Shown: piece by piece, positions 1-10,374 of the stretch | Layout: the number at the start of each line of letters is the position of its first letter | How positions within the stretch are numbered: the first letter of the stretch is position 1 | Assembly: GCF_000091665.1 (NCBI RefSeq) | Contig: NC_000909.1 | Location: forward strand, 1,279,460-1,311,459 | Direction of reading: 5' to 3' | DNA: 32,000 nucleotides | DNA from: Methanocaldococcus jannaschii DSM 2661 | GTDB lineage: Archaea > AGJL01 > Methanococci > Methanococcales > Methanocaldococcaceae | Notes under the pieces: model-generated | Databases searched by the model: none | Told to the model about the DNA's origin: nothing | What the model saw: the letters and a program-made list of their open reading frames with translations, nothing else | Program-made: the position numbers and the translations under genes

Positions 1-1
1 G

Positions 2-802
2 CCAGGAGTTAAGCTATTAGAAGTTGCTGAATTTGTTGAAAATAGAATTAGGGAATTAGGAGGGGAGCCAGCATTTCCGTGCAATATATCAATTAATGAG
101 ATAGCAGCTCATTACACTCCAAAATTAAATGATAACTTGGAGTTTAAAGATGATGATGTTGTTAAATTAGATTTAGGAGCTCATGTCGATGGATATATAG
201 CAGATACAGCTATAACAGTAGATTTATCAAACTCTTATAAAGATTTGGTAAAGGCATCTGAAGATGCACTATATACAGTTATTAAGGAGATAAACCCTCC
301 AATGAACATTGGAGAGATGGGAAAGATTATTCAGGAGGTTATTGAGAGTTATGGTTATAAACCAATATCCAACCTCTCTGGACATGTGATGCATAGATAT
401 GAGTTGCATACAGGAATTAGTATTCCAAATGTCTATGAAAGAACCAATCAATATATAGATGTTGGAGATTTGGTGGCTATAGAGCCGTTTGCAACAGATG
501 GCTTTGGAATGGTTAAAGATGGGAATCTTGGAAACATATATAAATTTTTAGCCAAAAGACCAATTAGATTGCCACAAGCAAGAAAACTTTTAGACGTTAT
601 ATCAAAAAATTACCCTTATCTACCCTTTGCTGAAAGATGGGTTTTAAAAAATGAGAGCGAGAGGCTGGCTTTAAACTCGTTAATTAGGGCATCTTGCATT
701 TACGGTTATCCAATATTAAAAGAGAGGGAGAATGGAATAGTTGGCCAGGCTGAGCACACAATATTAATAACTGAAAATGGTGTTGAGATAACAACAAAAT
801 AG
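2..802 (+). CDS. map: Methionine aminopeptidase, type 2 (archaeal/eukaryotic class); 5' end cut by window edge
   Basis: The frame is open from nt 2 to TAG at 800-802. The translation PGVKLLEVAEFVENRIRELGGEPAFPCNISINEIAAHYTP...DLGAHVDGYIADTA...GHVMHRYELH...IEPF...AEHTILIT shows the pita-bread metal-ligand pattern of MetAP2. Confidence 0.9.
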   Translation, partial: PGVKLLEVAEFVENRIRELGGEPAFPCNISINEIAAHYTPKLNDNLEFKDDDVVKLDLGAHVDGYIADTAITVDLSNSYKDLVKASEDALYTVIKEINPPMNIGEMGKIIQEVIESYGYKPISNLSGHVMHRYELHTGISIPNVYERTNQYIDVGDLVAIEPFATDGFGMVKDGNLGNIYKFLAKRPIRLPQARKLLDVISKNYPYLPFAERWVLKNESERLALNSLIRASCIYGYPILKERENGIVGQAEHTILITENGVEITTK

Positions 803-899
803 TATAGAATATTTAAGTTTTTTAATAAAAAATGAGATTTTATTTTAATGTTTATTATAAGAGATATGCCCATAAAATCCAAAATATTAAAGTGAGAAA

Positions 900-1331
900 A
901 TGATTATTAAAAAATTAGAGGAGTTTGGAATAACTATTGACAGCTTATTGGATGCTGGAATGGATTTATATATTGGGAGTAATGAAGAAAGAGACAGAGT
1001 TAAAGAGAAACTTAAGGAGATTTTGTTAAAGCAGTTGTCTAACCCTAATGTCTCAACTTTGTTAATTGCAGCAATTTTGTTGGATAATGAAGGCAGAGCT
1101 AACAATCTGCCATTCAACTACAACGAAGACCCAAACTATGTGTATGTTGATGAGGTTATTGGATTAGCTATAGCAAATGAGATTGCTGGAACTAAGGCAA
1201 TATTTAACTTTAGATTCTATGATGCTAAAAAACCCGGAATAATTGGAGAGTTAGATAGGAAAGGCTTTATGTTCTTAGATGATGCTATAGCCGGTTTGTT
1301 GGCTGGGTGTATGAGTAAGGTGTTTGAATAA
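900..1331 (+). CDS. PgpA-family phosphatase domain protein (phosphatidylglycerophosphatase A / CobZ-like)
   Basis: 143-aa ORF preceded by AGTGAGAAA before the ATG. Motifs VYVDEVIGLAIA and FLDDAIAGLLAG resemble the two conserved Asp motifs of PgpA-type phosphatases. Confidence 0.5.
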   Translation: MIIKKLEEFGITIDSLLDAGMDLYIGSNEERDRVKEKLKEILLKQLSNPNVSTLLIAAILLDNEGRANNLPFNYNEDPNYVYVDEVIGLAIANEIAGTKAIFNFRFYDAKKPGIIGELDRKGFMFLDDAIAGLLAGCMSKVFE

Positions 1332-1333
1332 AG

Positions 1334-1756
1334 TTAAACTTCAAAGGTATCTTTCAATATGTCTCTAATCTCCTCTGAAACTTTTATTTGCTTCTCTAAG
1401 GCATTAAAAATATTCTCTAAATAGCTAATTGTTTTATCCAACTTTTTATTAATCTCTTTTAACTCATTCGTTGAAATCTTATTCAATCCATTAGGAAATT
1501 CAATATATGTATTTAAATCTCTTTCTTCTATCCTTTCAACCTTTATTAACCCACCATCATCTTCTAAATCTTTAATGATTTCCTTAAAAAGCTGTCTTTT
1601 CTTCTCATTGGGAAAGTTTGCCAAAATCCTAACACTGTCTTTATAAACATAAACAACCCCATTCACATCCAACAATTTTCCTAAACTCTCAACTTTATCT
1701 ATAAATTCAGCACACTCCACATTTCCATAAATTCTCAGCTCATAAGTTGTAGCCAT
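1334..1756 (-). CDS. Hypothetical protein; N-terminal half weakly acylphosphatase-like, C-terminal half helical/coiled-coil
   Basis: ORF with GGTGGCCTCC directly before ATG at 1756 (the track start at 1768 is TTG). It lies 20 nt downstream of the GTPase gene on the same strand. The functional call rests only on a weak pattern (YELRIYGNV...NGVVYVYKDSVRILANF). Confidence 0.45.
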   Translation of the reverse strand: MATTYELRIYGNVECAEFIDKVESLGKLLDVNGVVYVYKDSVRILANFPNEKKRQLFKEIIKDLEDDGGLIKVERIEERDLNTYIEFPNGLNKISTNELKEINKKLDKTISYLENIFNALEKQIKVSEEIRDILKDTFEV

Positions 1757-1776
1757 GGAGGCCACCAAAAATTTAA

Positions 1777-2952
1777 TTATTTTGCGGCAGAGACAATTTT
1801 AATAATATCATTATGCTTCAATTCGTAATCAGCTCCTACTCTAATCTTCTTCTTTGCATCTATTGCATAGATAAATTTCTCTCCCAACTCTGTATGCACC
1901 TTATAAGCTAAGTCTCTTGCAGTACTTCCTTTTTTAACCAAAAATGCATCTGGTAATACATTTCCTTGCTTATCTGAAAATTTGTTCTCATCTTCAACTG
2001 GATAGACAACAATCATATCCAACAAATCAAAATAAGCTTTATTTATGCATTCTTGGACTCCAGTTCCTCCATACTTCTTTAAAAAGTCCTTTATGTAATC
2101 AAAAGCTCTCCTCATCTGTTCATTCACTTTGCTTTCATCAATTATCTCAAAGTCATTTTCTTTTCTTTTTATAATTCCAGCCTTTTCAGCTCTTTTTAAA
2201 GCTAACTCTATCTCTGCAGATGTTGGAATAACTATATAGTCCTTAAACTCTTTCTTTAGCCTTTCAATATTCTTCTCTGCATCCGGGTGGTCTGCCTTAT
2301 TTGCAGCGATAATCATTGGTTTTGAAATTTTTCTAAGCTTTTTAGCCAAGTTTAGCAAATCTTCTTCAGTCCATTTAATTGGGCTTTCATCCATATCTCT
2401 AATAGCCATCTTTATGTCATCCTCATCTATATTCAATCCACTTAATTGGTCTTTTAAAGCTTTAACTATGTTCTTCTCTTGTTGGGCTCTTCTTGCCAAC
2501 TTATCCCAATTTTTCGTCAAAATGCTATAAATCCACATATCTATCTCATTTAATAAGAATTTAACATCCTCAACTGGGTCATAGTTTTCTGTTGGATTTC
2601 CTTCAGCATCTGTCTTTCCAGAGGCATCAACAACCAATATAAATGCATCTGCTTGCCTTAAATCATCCAAAAACTTGTTTCCCATCCCTCTACCTTCATG
2701 TGCTCCTGGGACTAAACCAGCCACATCTATAACTTCAACTGGAATATGTCTAATCCCATCTATACATTTTGAATTTCTTGGATTACACTTAACTCCCAAT
2801 TCCTTACAAGGACAGGGGCTTGTTATATAAGCGATACCTTTATTTGGTTGTATTGTTGTAAATGGATAATTTCCAATTTCTGCTGGTTTTTCAGTTAAAG
2901 CATTGAACATTGTTGATTTCCCTACGTTTGGTTTCCCTACTAAACCAATCAT
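1777..2952 (-). CDS. Obg/YchF-DRG family GTP-binding protein with C-terminal TGS-like domain
   Basis: G1 [10 protein letters not shown]3 DVAGLV, G4 NKAD, and a C-terminal DIIKIV-type TGS end. GGTGA lies upstream of ATG 2952 (the track start at 2958 is TTG). Confidence 0.85.
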   Translation of the reverse strand: MIGLVGKPNVGKSTMFNALTEKPAEIGNYPFTTIQPNKGIAYITSPCPCKELGVKCNPRNSKCIDGIRHIPVEVIDVAGLVPGAHEGRGMGNKFLDDLRQADAFILVVDASGKTDAEGNPTENYDPVEDVKFLLNEIDMWIYSILTKNWDKLARRAQQEKNIVKALKDQLSGLNIDEDDIKMAIRDMDESPIKWTEEDLLNLAKKLRKISKPMIIAANKADHPDAEKNIERLKKEFKDYIVIPTSAEIELALKRAEKAGIIKRKENDFEIIDESKVNEQMRRAFDYIKDFLKKYGGTGVQECINKAYFDLLDMIVVYPVEDENKFSDKQGNVLPDAFLVKKGSTARDLAYKVHTELGEKFIYAIDAKKKIRVGADYELKHNDIIKIVSAAK

Positions 2953-3050
2953 TGCCAAGTTCTCACCATAAAAATATTGAGTATGGTGTTAAAATATTTA
3001 TATGACTTTATGTAGTAATGATATTTAAAATTACACAATAGGTGAAATGA

Positions 3051-3305
3051 ATGCCGTCTCCAAAAATTCAAGAGATAATAAATGAATTAGATAACTTAAT
3101 GAATAGAGAGAGGAAATATATTGAGTTGGTTGCCACAGTTGAATACTTGTTAAATTTGATAGAACCTTCAAAAAGAGAGAAATTTAAGGAAGCGTTATAT
3201 GATGCTGAAACTGTTGAAGATGTTTATGAACTTATAAAGGCAATAAAATTACAGCTTGGAATGCAAGGGGCAAGAAGATATTTATTAACCTTAGAAGGGC
3301 AGTAA
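3051..3305 (+). CDS. Hypothetical small protein (84 aa), helical
   Basis: ORF with AGGTGAAATGA-ATG context. I recognise no family. Confidence 0.45.
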   Translation: MPSPKIQEIINELDNLMNRERKYIELVATVEYLLNLIEPSKREKFKEALYDAETVEDVYELIKAIKLQLGMQGARRYLLTLEGQ

Positions 3306-3308
3306 CTA

Positions 3309-3326
3309 TTTTTATCTTTATTTTTT
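3309..3326 (+). terminator. Oligo-T tract (archaeal-type terminator) between convergent genes
   Basis: T5 (3309-3313) and T6 (3321-3326) runs immediately after the stop at 3303-3305. Confidence 0.3.
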
Positions 3327-3363
3327 ATTACCTTATAAATTTAAACTTTATAAATTAAATAAA

Positions 3364-3777
3364 TTAATTAGATATTGAAAGGAGAATAATCCCAATAATT
3401 ATAAGAACTATCCCAATCATTTGTGGAAGTGTTAGAGTCTCTTTTAAAAACAGTATTGACAGAGCTACTGTTATCGCTGGACCTATTGATGATAAGGGCA
3501 CAACAATGCTTGCTTTTCCTTTATATAACGCATAATATAACAATAGAGAACCAATCACTACTAAGACTGCTGATATTATTGCATAAGTAAGAATTTTTTG
3601 GTCAGTAATAATTATATTTTTATATTTGAGTAATATGATTAAACATAATATAATCCCAACTATATTTACCACTATCCATTGAAATAAAGGGTTTTTTTCA
3701 CAGACAATTTTCGCAAAAAATGTCCCAACCCCATAAAACACAGCCACTAAAAGTCCCAATATTATTGCTGTATCCAT
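3364..3777 (-). CDS. Small integral membrane protein, EamA/DMT-like half-transporter
   Basis: The 137-aa product is almost entirely hydrophobic with 4-5 predicted TM segments. Its size and pattern are typical of single EamA-domain proteins. Confidence 0.55.
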   Translation of the reverse strand: MDTAIILGLLVAVFYGVGTFFAKIVCEKNPLFQWIVVNIVGIILCLIILLKYKNIIITDQKILTYAIISAVLVVIGSLLLYYALYKGKASIVVPLSSIGPAITVALSILFLKETLTLPQMIGIVLIIIGIILLSISN

Positions 3778-3809
3778 ACTATCCCAACTTAATAAAAAAT
3801 AAAATTAGA

Positions 3810-4661
3810 TTATAAATTTTTAACGAATTCTTTTAAGAATTCTCTAAATTCAGGGAATCTTTCAGCTCCAATTTCTACATTTGCTTTTAACCATCCAAGA
3901 GCGTCCCCAATATCATATCTTTTACAGTTAATTTCAACCCCTATAATATCTTCCTCTTTTAAAAGTAGATTCATAGCATCTGTAATCTGAATCTCTCCTC
4001 CTCTTCCAGGAGGAGTTTCTCTAATTTTTTCAAATATCTTTGGAGATAATAAATAAGCCCCGGTTATAATCAAATTTGAAGGTGCCTCTTCAACTTTTGG
4101 TTTTTCTACCATATTTTTTATTTTATAAACGCCCTTTTCTATCTCTTCCCCATCAATTACTCCATATTTATAAACATCTTCTTTTGGAACTCTCTCTAAT
4201 GCAATAACTGAACAGCCGTATTTTTCATGAGCTTTTATTAAATCTTTTACAATATTTTTAGAGTAAATTGTATCTCCAACCATTGCTATAAAGTATTCCT
4301 CCCCAACAAATTCCTCCCCATACAAAATAGCATCTCCTAAACCTTTCTGCTCTTTCTGTCTTACATAAAATATATTCCCTAACCTATCAATTTCTTTAAT
4401 AATTTTTAGAAGTTCATATTTTCCAGATTTCTCTAATTTACACTCCAACTCATAATTTACGTCAAAGTGGTTTTCTATTGCCTGTTTTCCCTTCCCAGTT
4501 ACAAATAAAATATCCTTTACTCCTGCTTCTACCAAATCTTCAACAACATATTGCACTATTGGCTTATTAACTACTGGAAGCATCTCCTTCGGTTGAGCCT
4601 TTGTTATTGGTAATAGTCGAGTCCCAAAACCAGCCACTGGAATTACTGCCTTTCTTATCAT
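3810..4661 (-). CDS. galU: UTP--glucose-1-phosphate uridylyltransferase
   Basis: N-terminal AVIPVAGFGTRLLPITKAQPKEMLPV nucleotidyltransferase signature, with VEKP and DIGD motifs downstream. GGGAGAGG precedes the ATG. Confidence 0.9.
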   Translation of the reverse strand: MIRKAVIPVAGFGTRLLPITKAQPKEMLPVVNKPIVQYVVEDLVEAGVKDILFVTGKGKQAIENHFDVNYELECKLEKSGKYELLKIIKEIDRLGNIFYVRQKEQKGLGDAILYGEEFVGEEYFIAMVGDTIYSKNIVKDLIKAHEKYGCSVIALERVPKEDVYKYGVIDGEEIEKGVYKIKNMVEKPKVEEAPSNLIITGAYLLSPKIFEKIRETPPGRGGEIQITDAMNLLLKEEDIIGVEINCKRYDIGDALGWLKANVEIGAERFPEFREFLKEFVKNL

Positions 4662-4750
4662 CCTCTCCCTTTAGTAAATTTTTATTAAATTAATTTATGT
4701 TACAATTATATAGTATTAATATAGTAGGTATAAATAATTTGGTGATGATT

Positions 4751-5307
4751 ATGAAAAAGTATTTCGAGGAAAGTGCAAATGTGAAACTAAAATTCATTGA
4801 AGAAGATGAGGAAAAGTTAAAAAAAGCTATTGAAGTCATATATAATGCATTAAAAAATGGAAATAAAATTTTAATTTGTGGAAATGGAGGAGTGCAGCTA
4901 ACTCTCAGCATTTTGCCGCTGAGATTGTAGGAAGGTTTAAGTTAGAAAGGAAAGGATTGCCTGCAATTGCATTAACAACAGATATATCAATTTTAACAGC
5001 TATAGGAAATGATTATGGTTTTGATAGGATTTTTGAGAGGCAAGTTGAAGCTTTGGGAAAAGAAGGAGATGTTTTGGCCGGTATATCAACAAGTGGAAAT
5101 TCAGAAAACGTTATAAAGGCAGCTAATAAAGCAAAGGAAATGGGGATTTATACAATTGGTTTATTGGGAAAAGGTGGAGGAAAGCTAAAGGATATTGTTG
5201 ATTTGGCATTGGTGGTTCCTTCTAATGACACAGCAAGGATACAAGAGTGCCATCTAACAATTTATCATGTTATATGTGAGGAGGTTGAGAAAAAATTGGT
5301 GAAATAG
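4751..5307 (+). pseudogene. gmhA: Phosphoheptose (sedoheptulose-7-P) isomerase, interrupted by a 1-nt frameshift near 4890
   Basis: Frame 1 reads MKKYFEES...[12 protein letters not shown] and then runs into a stop at 4928-4930. The continuation [16 protein letters not shown]...[11 protein letters not shown]...QECH is in the +1 frame (track ORF 4876..5307). Restoring one base in ggagg/agtgc gives the canonical GNGGSAA..QHFAAE SIS-domain motif. Confidence 0.75.
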
Positions 5308-5922
5308 ATGATAATTGAAGATAGAGAAACGTTAAAAAAGAAGGCCAACAATAGTAAAGCATAGATTTGTTGCTATGGGTTATAATCAGCAATTGCTTAG
5401 GGTTGATTATGAAAAAATCTATCCAATAAACGATGAGTTAAGCAGTAAAATTTTGGGAGTTATTAAAAATCTCAATGGAAAATCAGATATATTAGTAATC
5501 TCTGATTATGCAAAGGGATTAATTACAAAGGAACTCATGGATGACATAAAAAAAGAATTTAAGGGAAAAATCTTAATTGACCCAAAACCAAAAAATGACT
5601 TTTATAAGGATGTCTATTTAATAAAACCGAATCTAAAAGAGGCTTCCCAAATTTTAGGAAGGGAGATAGAAAATAAAGATGATGAGTTGGAAAAATCTGG
5701 ATTGGAATCAGTTGATAAATACAATTCAAACTTTGTTATAACGAGAGGTGAAAAAGGAGCTACATTAATAACTGTTGATGAAATATTTACCATGTTCCAA
5801 CAGAAGTCAAAGAGGTCATGATGTTTCAGGGGCTGGAGATACATTTATCGCAGTTTTGGGCTATGCGTTAGAGAAGGGCGTTTGAAAAAGCTAAGGAGTT
5901 AGTTAATACTCAAAATGAATAA
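5308..5922 (+). pseudogene. Eroded D-glycero-D-manno-heptose-7-phosphate kinase (RfaE/HldE domain I-like, ribokinase family)
   Basis: Pieces of the family are spread over all three frames: MIIED..KKANNSKA* (remnant of GGAANVANN), PTIVKHRFVAMGYNQQLLRVDYE...ISDYAKG...IDPK...KPNLKE..., then HVPTEVKEV, DVSGAGDTFIAVLGYALEKG and AFEKAKELVN. The total length is only about two-thirds of an intact kinase domain. Confidence 0.7.
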
Positions 5923-5938
5923 ATTGTAGGGATTACTA

Positions 5939-6755
5939 ATGATTATAGCAGGAACTATGCCAATAAAAGGTTTAGATTTAACTATTGGAAAACCCATTTT
6001 AAAAGGAGATAAAATAATAAATAACAAGGAATTTCCTATTTCTATGGAGGGCCGGAGCTTTGATAGGGGCTGTTTTAAAAACTTTGGAGTATTTTGATGA
6101 AAAAGATGTTAAAGTAATAACTACAGGGGATATTGGAGAAGGGGATGGAAGCTTAAAGATTTATGACGCATTAAAAGAGATAGATGATGATTTGGTTATA
6201 ATACATTATATAAAACCAAAGATTTCAAAAATTAGAGAGATAAATTTCTCTCCAAAGATTATTGCAGATGCTGGAGGAATGTATGCTGCAAAGGCAGCAA
6301 ATATTGGAGATAAATTTTATCTCTTTTTGCCTGATGTTGGTGAATTGGCATTCTTAGCAGATGAAAAAGCTTCTCATCCAGCTTATGTTAGAGGTTTTAT
6401 ATCTGAGATAGACGATAATGAAGTGCCAAAACTCATTGAAAGGGATTATAAACTAAAAATGCCAAAGTATATGGTTGTTAAAGGGGAAACTGACTATACT
6501 ATTAGAGAGGAAAAGATAATTGATAAAATAAAAGAACCAAAAATAAAGGCAATGGAATGTATTGGTGGAACTGGAGATACTTTAACAGAGATAGTATCAT
6601 CTTTAATAAGTGTTGATTTTAAAACAGAGGAAGCACTGAGTTTAGGATGTAAAATAAATAGAAAACTTGGAGAGATAGCTAATGTTAATCCAAATACTCA
6701 AATTACAGAGATAATTAACGCCATTCCAAAAGCTTTAGAGAACACATTAAAGTAG
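5939..6755 (+). pseudogene. Carbohydrate-kinase (YjeF C-terminal / NnrD-like) family protein with apparent frameshift near 6047-6056
   Basis: MIIAGTMPIKGLDLTIGKPILKGDKIINNKEFPISMEG (frame of 5939) stops at 6095-6097. The main body ..AGALIGAVLKTLEYF...GGTGDTLTEIVSSL... is in another frame (track ORF 6060..6755, TTG). The GGTGDTL motif is typical of this kinase fold. A sequencing error cannot be excluded. Confidence 0.45.
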
Positions 6756-6864
6756 TTGAGGGCGGTGAATAGCATAATAATAAGAAAAATAAATAATAAA
6801 GTATTTATATAATAATCATCAGAAACTCTAAATGCGTAATATAAGAAAAATCAAGGTTGATAAC

Positions 6865-7893
6865 ATGAAGGTATCCGTATATGGAGCGGGGAATCAAAAT
6901 CTATACATAAATAAATTAAACCTTCCAGAAAAATTCGGTGGGGAGCCACCTTATGGCGGTTCAAGGATGGCTATTGAATTTGCTGAGGCAGGGCATGATG
7001 TTGTTTTAGCTGAACCAAATAAAAACATAATGAGTGATGATTTATGGAAAAAGGTTGAAGATGCTGGGGTTAAGGTTGTTAGTGATGATGTCGAAGCTGC
7101 AAAGCACGGGGAAATTCATGTTTTATTTACCCCTTTTGGTAAGGCAACATTTAGAATAGCAAAGACAATTATTGAACATGTTCCTGAAAATGCTGTTATT
7201 TGTAACACCTGCACTGTTTCACCTGTAGTGTTATACTACTCATTAGAACCAATATTAAGAACAAAAAGAAAGGATGTAGGAATTTCATCAATGCATCCAG
7301 CAGCTGTTCCTGGAACTCCACAACACGGACATTATGTGATTGGTGGGAAAACCACTGATGGAAAAGAATTGGCTACTGAGGAACAGATAAAAAAAGCTGT
7401 AGAGCTTGCCAAAAGTGCAGGAAAAGAGGCTTATGTTGTTCCTGCTGATGTTTCTTCAGTTGTTGCTGATATGGGGAGTTTAGTTACTGCAGTTGCTTTA
7501 TCGGGAGTTCTGGACTACTATACAGTTGGAAGAAAGATTATAAATGCTCCTAAGAAGATGATTGAACAGCAAGTTATCATGACCCTACAGACAATGGCTT
7601 CTCTTGTTGAAACATCAGGTATTGAAGGGATGGTAAAGGCATTAAATCCAGAGTTATTAATAAGGAGTGCTTCATCAATGAAGTTATTAGATAGACAGAA
7701 GGATTTAGATGCTGCCTTAGAGATTCTTCAAAACTTAGATGAAACATTAAAGGCAGAAGTAGAAAAAGCAGAAATAAAACCAACAACACTTGTAGCGGCT
7801 CAATCATTAGTTAAGGAGATAAAAACTTTAATAGGAGGGGCTGCTGCAGAGGGGGCAATAAAAAGAAGTGCAAGAAAATTATTTGAGCATTAA
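6865..7893 (+). CDS. hmdII: Hmd paralog (H2-forming methylene-H4MPT dehydrogenase-related protein, HmdII/III type)
   Basis: MKVSVYGAGNQNLY...PPYGGSRMAIEFAEAGHDV...SSMHPAAVPGTPQHGHYVIGG is highly characteristic of the Hmd family. A TATA-like tatttatata lies about 50 nt upstream. Confidence 0.85.
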   Translation: MKVSVYGAGNQNLYINKLNLPEKFGGEPPYGGSRMAIEFAEAGHDVVLAEPNKNIMSDDLWKKVEDAGVKVVSDDVEAAKHGEIHVLFTPFGKATFRIAKTIIEHVPENAVICNTCTVSPVVLYYSLEPILRTKRKDVGISSMHPAAVPGTPQHGHYVIGGKTTDGKELATEEQIKKAVELAKSAGKEAYVVPADVSSVVADMGSLVTAVALSGVLDYYTVGRKIINAPKKMIEQQVIMTLQTMASLVETSGIEGMVKALNPELLIRSASSMKLLDRQKDLDAALEILQNLDETLKAEVEKAEIKPTTLVAAQSLVKEIKTLIGGAAAEGAIKRSARKLFEH

Positions 7894-7924
7894 ACTTATA
7901 ATATTTTATTTTTAGGGGAGATTC

Positions 7925-8389
7925 ATGAAAAAAGATGAGGTTAAGGTTGTAGTTATTGGTTCAAGTGATGTTGGAAAAACAACATTAATGGAAAATTTAA
8001 TTGATAAAATTGGAAAAGTTGAATACAAAGGAATTACAACAGCTATTGACTATGGTTCATTAACAATAAAAGATAAGAAGATACACTTCTTTGGGACTCC
8101 AGGGCAGAAAAGATTTGAGTTCATGAGAGAATTGGCATTAAAAGGGACTAATTTTGCTTTAGTAGTGTTGGATGCATCAAAAGGAATAACTAAAGAAGAT
8201 GAAGAAATAATAAAATTATTAGAATCTAAAAAAATCCCGTACGGAATTTTTATAAATAAAACAGATGTTGGAGATATCGATACCTCCGAAGTTTATAACT
8301 TTTGCAACCCAAAATTCATTGTTAAAGGTTGTGCAGTGAAAAAAGATGGACTTGACGAACTTATAAATAAAATTATGTCCCACACATAA
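7925..8389 (+). CDS. Small Ras-like/MglA-like GTPase
   Basis: G1 GSSDVGKT, G3 GTPGQ, G4 NKTD. The 154-aa ORF has GGGGAG before the ATG. Confidence 0.8.
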   Translation: MKKDEVKVVVIGSSDVGKTTLMENLIDKIGKVEYKGITTAIDYGSLTIKDKKIHFFGTPGQKRFEFMRELALKGTNFALVVLDASKGITKEDEEIIKLLESKKIPYGIFINKTDVGDIDTSEVYNFCNPKFIVKGCAVKKDGLDELINKIMSHT

Positions 8390-8460
8390 CAAATAAATTT
8401 AAAAAATTATATATAGCAAAAACGCATAATTTACATAAGCCAGAGTATAAGGGTGAAAAT

Positions 8461-8805
8461 ATGATTGATAGGGTTTTGTTGGAGTTGAATAAGACTGAGG
8501 GTATTAAGGGTTCTATGGTTGTTGGTAAGGATGGTTTAGTTATTGCCTCTCAATTGCCTGGGAGTGTTGATGCTGAGTTAGTTGGGGCTATGGCTTCAGC
8601 AGCATTTGGGGCTGCTGAAAGAACAGCAGCAGAAATTGGAATGGGTACTTTAGAACAAACAATGATTGAAGGAGAGCACGGTAAAACCCTAATGGTCGAT
8701 GCAGGAGAGGGAATTTTAGTAGTCCTAACTGATGCGAAAGTTAATTTAGGTTTAATCAGAATAACAATGAAAAGAGCCGCAGAAAAAATAAAAGCAATGT
8801 TCTAA
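8461..8805 (+). CDS. Roadblock/LC7 (MglB-like) domain protein
   Basis: 114 aa with L..L....[13 protein letters not shown]......DAE.VGAMASA....AE and a size typical of Roadblock/LC7. It directly follows the small GTPase. Confidence 0.8.
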   Translation: MIDRVLLELNKTEGIKGSMVVGKDGLVIASQLPGSVDAELVGAMASAAFGAAERTAAEIGMGTLEQTMIEGEHGKTLMVDAGEGILVVLTDAKVNLGLIRITMKRAAEKIKAMF

Positions 8806-8818
8806 AATAATATTATAA

Positions 8819-9757
8819 TTATAAAATAGAGCTTAATGCTATAATAATTTCATTGATAACTTCTCTGTTCAATTCAGAGATATCAATTTTCTTTGTTTCA
8901 AATACAATCCCATTTTTTAAAATTCTATCATAGTTTGGACAGATTGTTGTTATTGATTTTCTATTGTCCAATTTTATTAAACTGTTTATTTTTTTAGAGA
9001 TATTTTTTGGATTATCGCATTCAATAAATACAGATATTCCCTCAAACTCTCTAAAATAGGCATTTTCAATTTCATCTTTAATTATTTTAGATGCCTCTAC
9101 ATATTTCTTATACGTTTTTTTAGCATTTAGTAACTCCTCTTTTAAAAGTCCAAAATAGTTTATTGTTTTATATGTTTTGGATAAAATTTTAATGTCATTT
9201 AAAGCATTACCTAATTTTTCTTCAATTTCTTTACTAATTCCTAAAAAACCACCGTATTCACAGTTTAATATCTTTGGAGTTCCAGTAGAGCAAACAACAA
9301 TATCTCCATATCCACAATCTCCTCCAATTTTTCCTGAAATATCTTCAATAAATAAAACCTCTCTCTCCTCACATAATTTTTTTATTTCTTTTAATGGTTG
9401 TGGAGCTAAATATCCAGCTAAAGATGTTAAAATAAGTGATGAGTTTTCTTTTAAACTTTCATCTAATTTTTCTAAATCAATAATTCCCAAATTCGTTTCT
9501 ATCATATTATTTTTTAGATTCAATAATTTAGGAAATTTTAAAAATCCCTGCCAACCTCCCATATCTGGGATTGAAATCTCGTTACTATAAATTTTTGCTA
9601 TCCACATTGATAAAAAGACTGCTGAACTTCCTGAAGGGAGGAACGTTATTTTATAATCCCTATTTAATAACTCGTTAATTATCATCTCAACTTCTTCTTT
9701 ATTCCCCTCTTTATTCATTAATCCATATATATTTGGTCTTCTATGCTTGAGAATCAT
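8819..9757 (-). CDS. PLP-dependent (fold type I, DegT/DnrJ/EryC1-like) transferase-like protein
   Basis: The pattern [11 protein letters not shown]...[11 protein letters not shown]...[22 protein letters not shown] matches the Asp and Lys-containing segments of DegT-type aminotransferases. Identification is from motif memory only. Confidence 0.4.
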
Positions 9758-9992
9758 CTTCTCACCATATCCCTCAATATTTGATAACGATATGACATAG
9801 AAATATTTATATATCTCCTATAATACAAAACAATTTTAATTAAATTTAACGTATTTTTAATTATTAGGTGGGGTTGGGGTAAAATATAAAGAATTATTTA
9901 AGAATAGGAGCCTAAAAAAAATCTTCACATTGTTTTAACATCGATGATAGCAGAGTTTTCAAGGTTGGGGATTTTAAATCAAGGAACAACAA

Positions 9993-10337
9993 ATGTTGTG
10001 GGTTCTGGGTGGGAAAAAGATAGCAAAGTGTTTAAAAGAGACAGTTAATCCAAAAGAAATAGAAGATAAGGAATTAATAAAATTTTTAATTAATTTTTGT
10101 GACATGTGCAATGATTTTGTTATTGATGATGAAAAAATAGGAATAAAAATTGATAAGTGTAAATATTGTCCAAAGCAGATTGGAGAAGCAGAAATTCCAG
10201 GAAGTGCATGTCCAATTCCCTCAATATTGGCAAGCTGCATGAGAGAATTGACTAAAAAAGATTACAAAATAAATTTATGGGATGGAAATAAGGTAATAAT
10301 AAAAGAAAACGGATATTGTTGGTTTAGGATTAAATAA
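9993..10337 (+). CDS. V4R (4-vinyl reductase-like) domain protein; N-terminus uncertain
   Basis: The C-terminal pattern C.YC........GSACPIPSILASCM...........V..E.GYCWFRI fits the Cys-containing V4R domain. Confidence 0.45.
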   Translation: MLWVLGGKKIAKCLKETVNPKEIEDKELIKFLINFCDMCNDFVIDDEKIGIKIDKCKYCPKQIGEAEIPGSACPIPSILASCMRELTKKDYKINLWDGNKVIIKENGYCWFRIK

Positions 10338-10374
10338 TTATTGTCCAAAAATAAATTAAAATAAATTAAGAATT

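Noticed and set aside
9944-10048. Short ORF MIAEFSRLGILNQGTTNVVGSGWEKDSKVFKRDS* overlapping the start of the V4R-like gene, possibly the true N-terminus with a frameshift in the gggtgggaaaaag run.
   Set aside because: I cannot recognise V4R N-terminal motifs in it with any confidence. It would need a homolog alignment, so I left the gene with the ATG at 9993.
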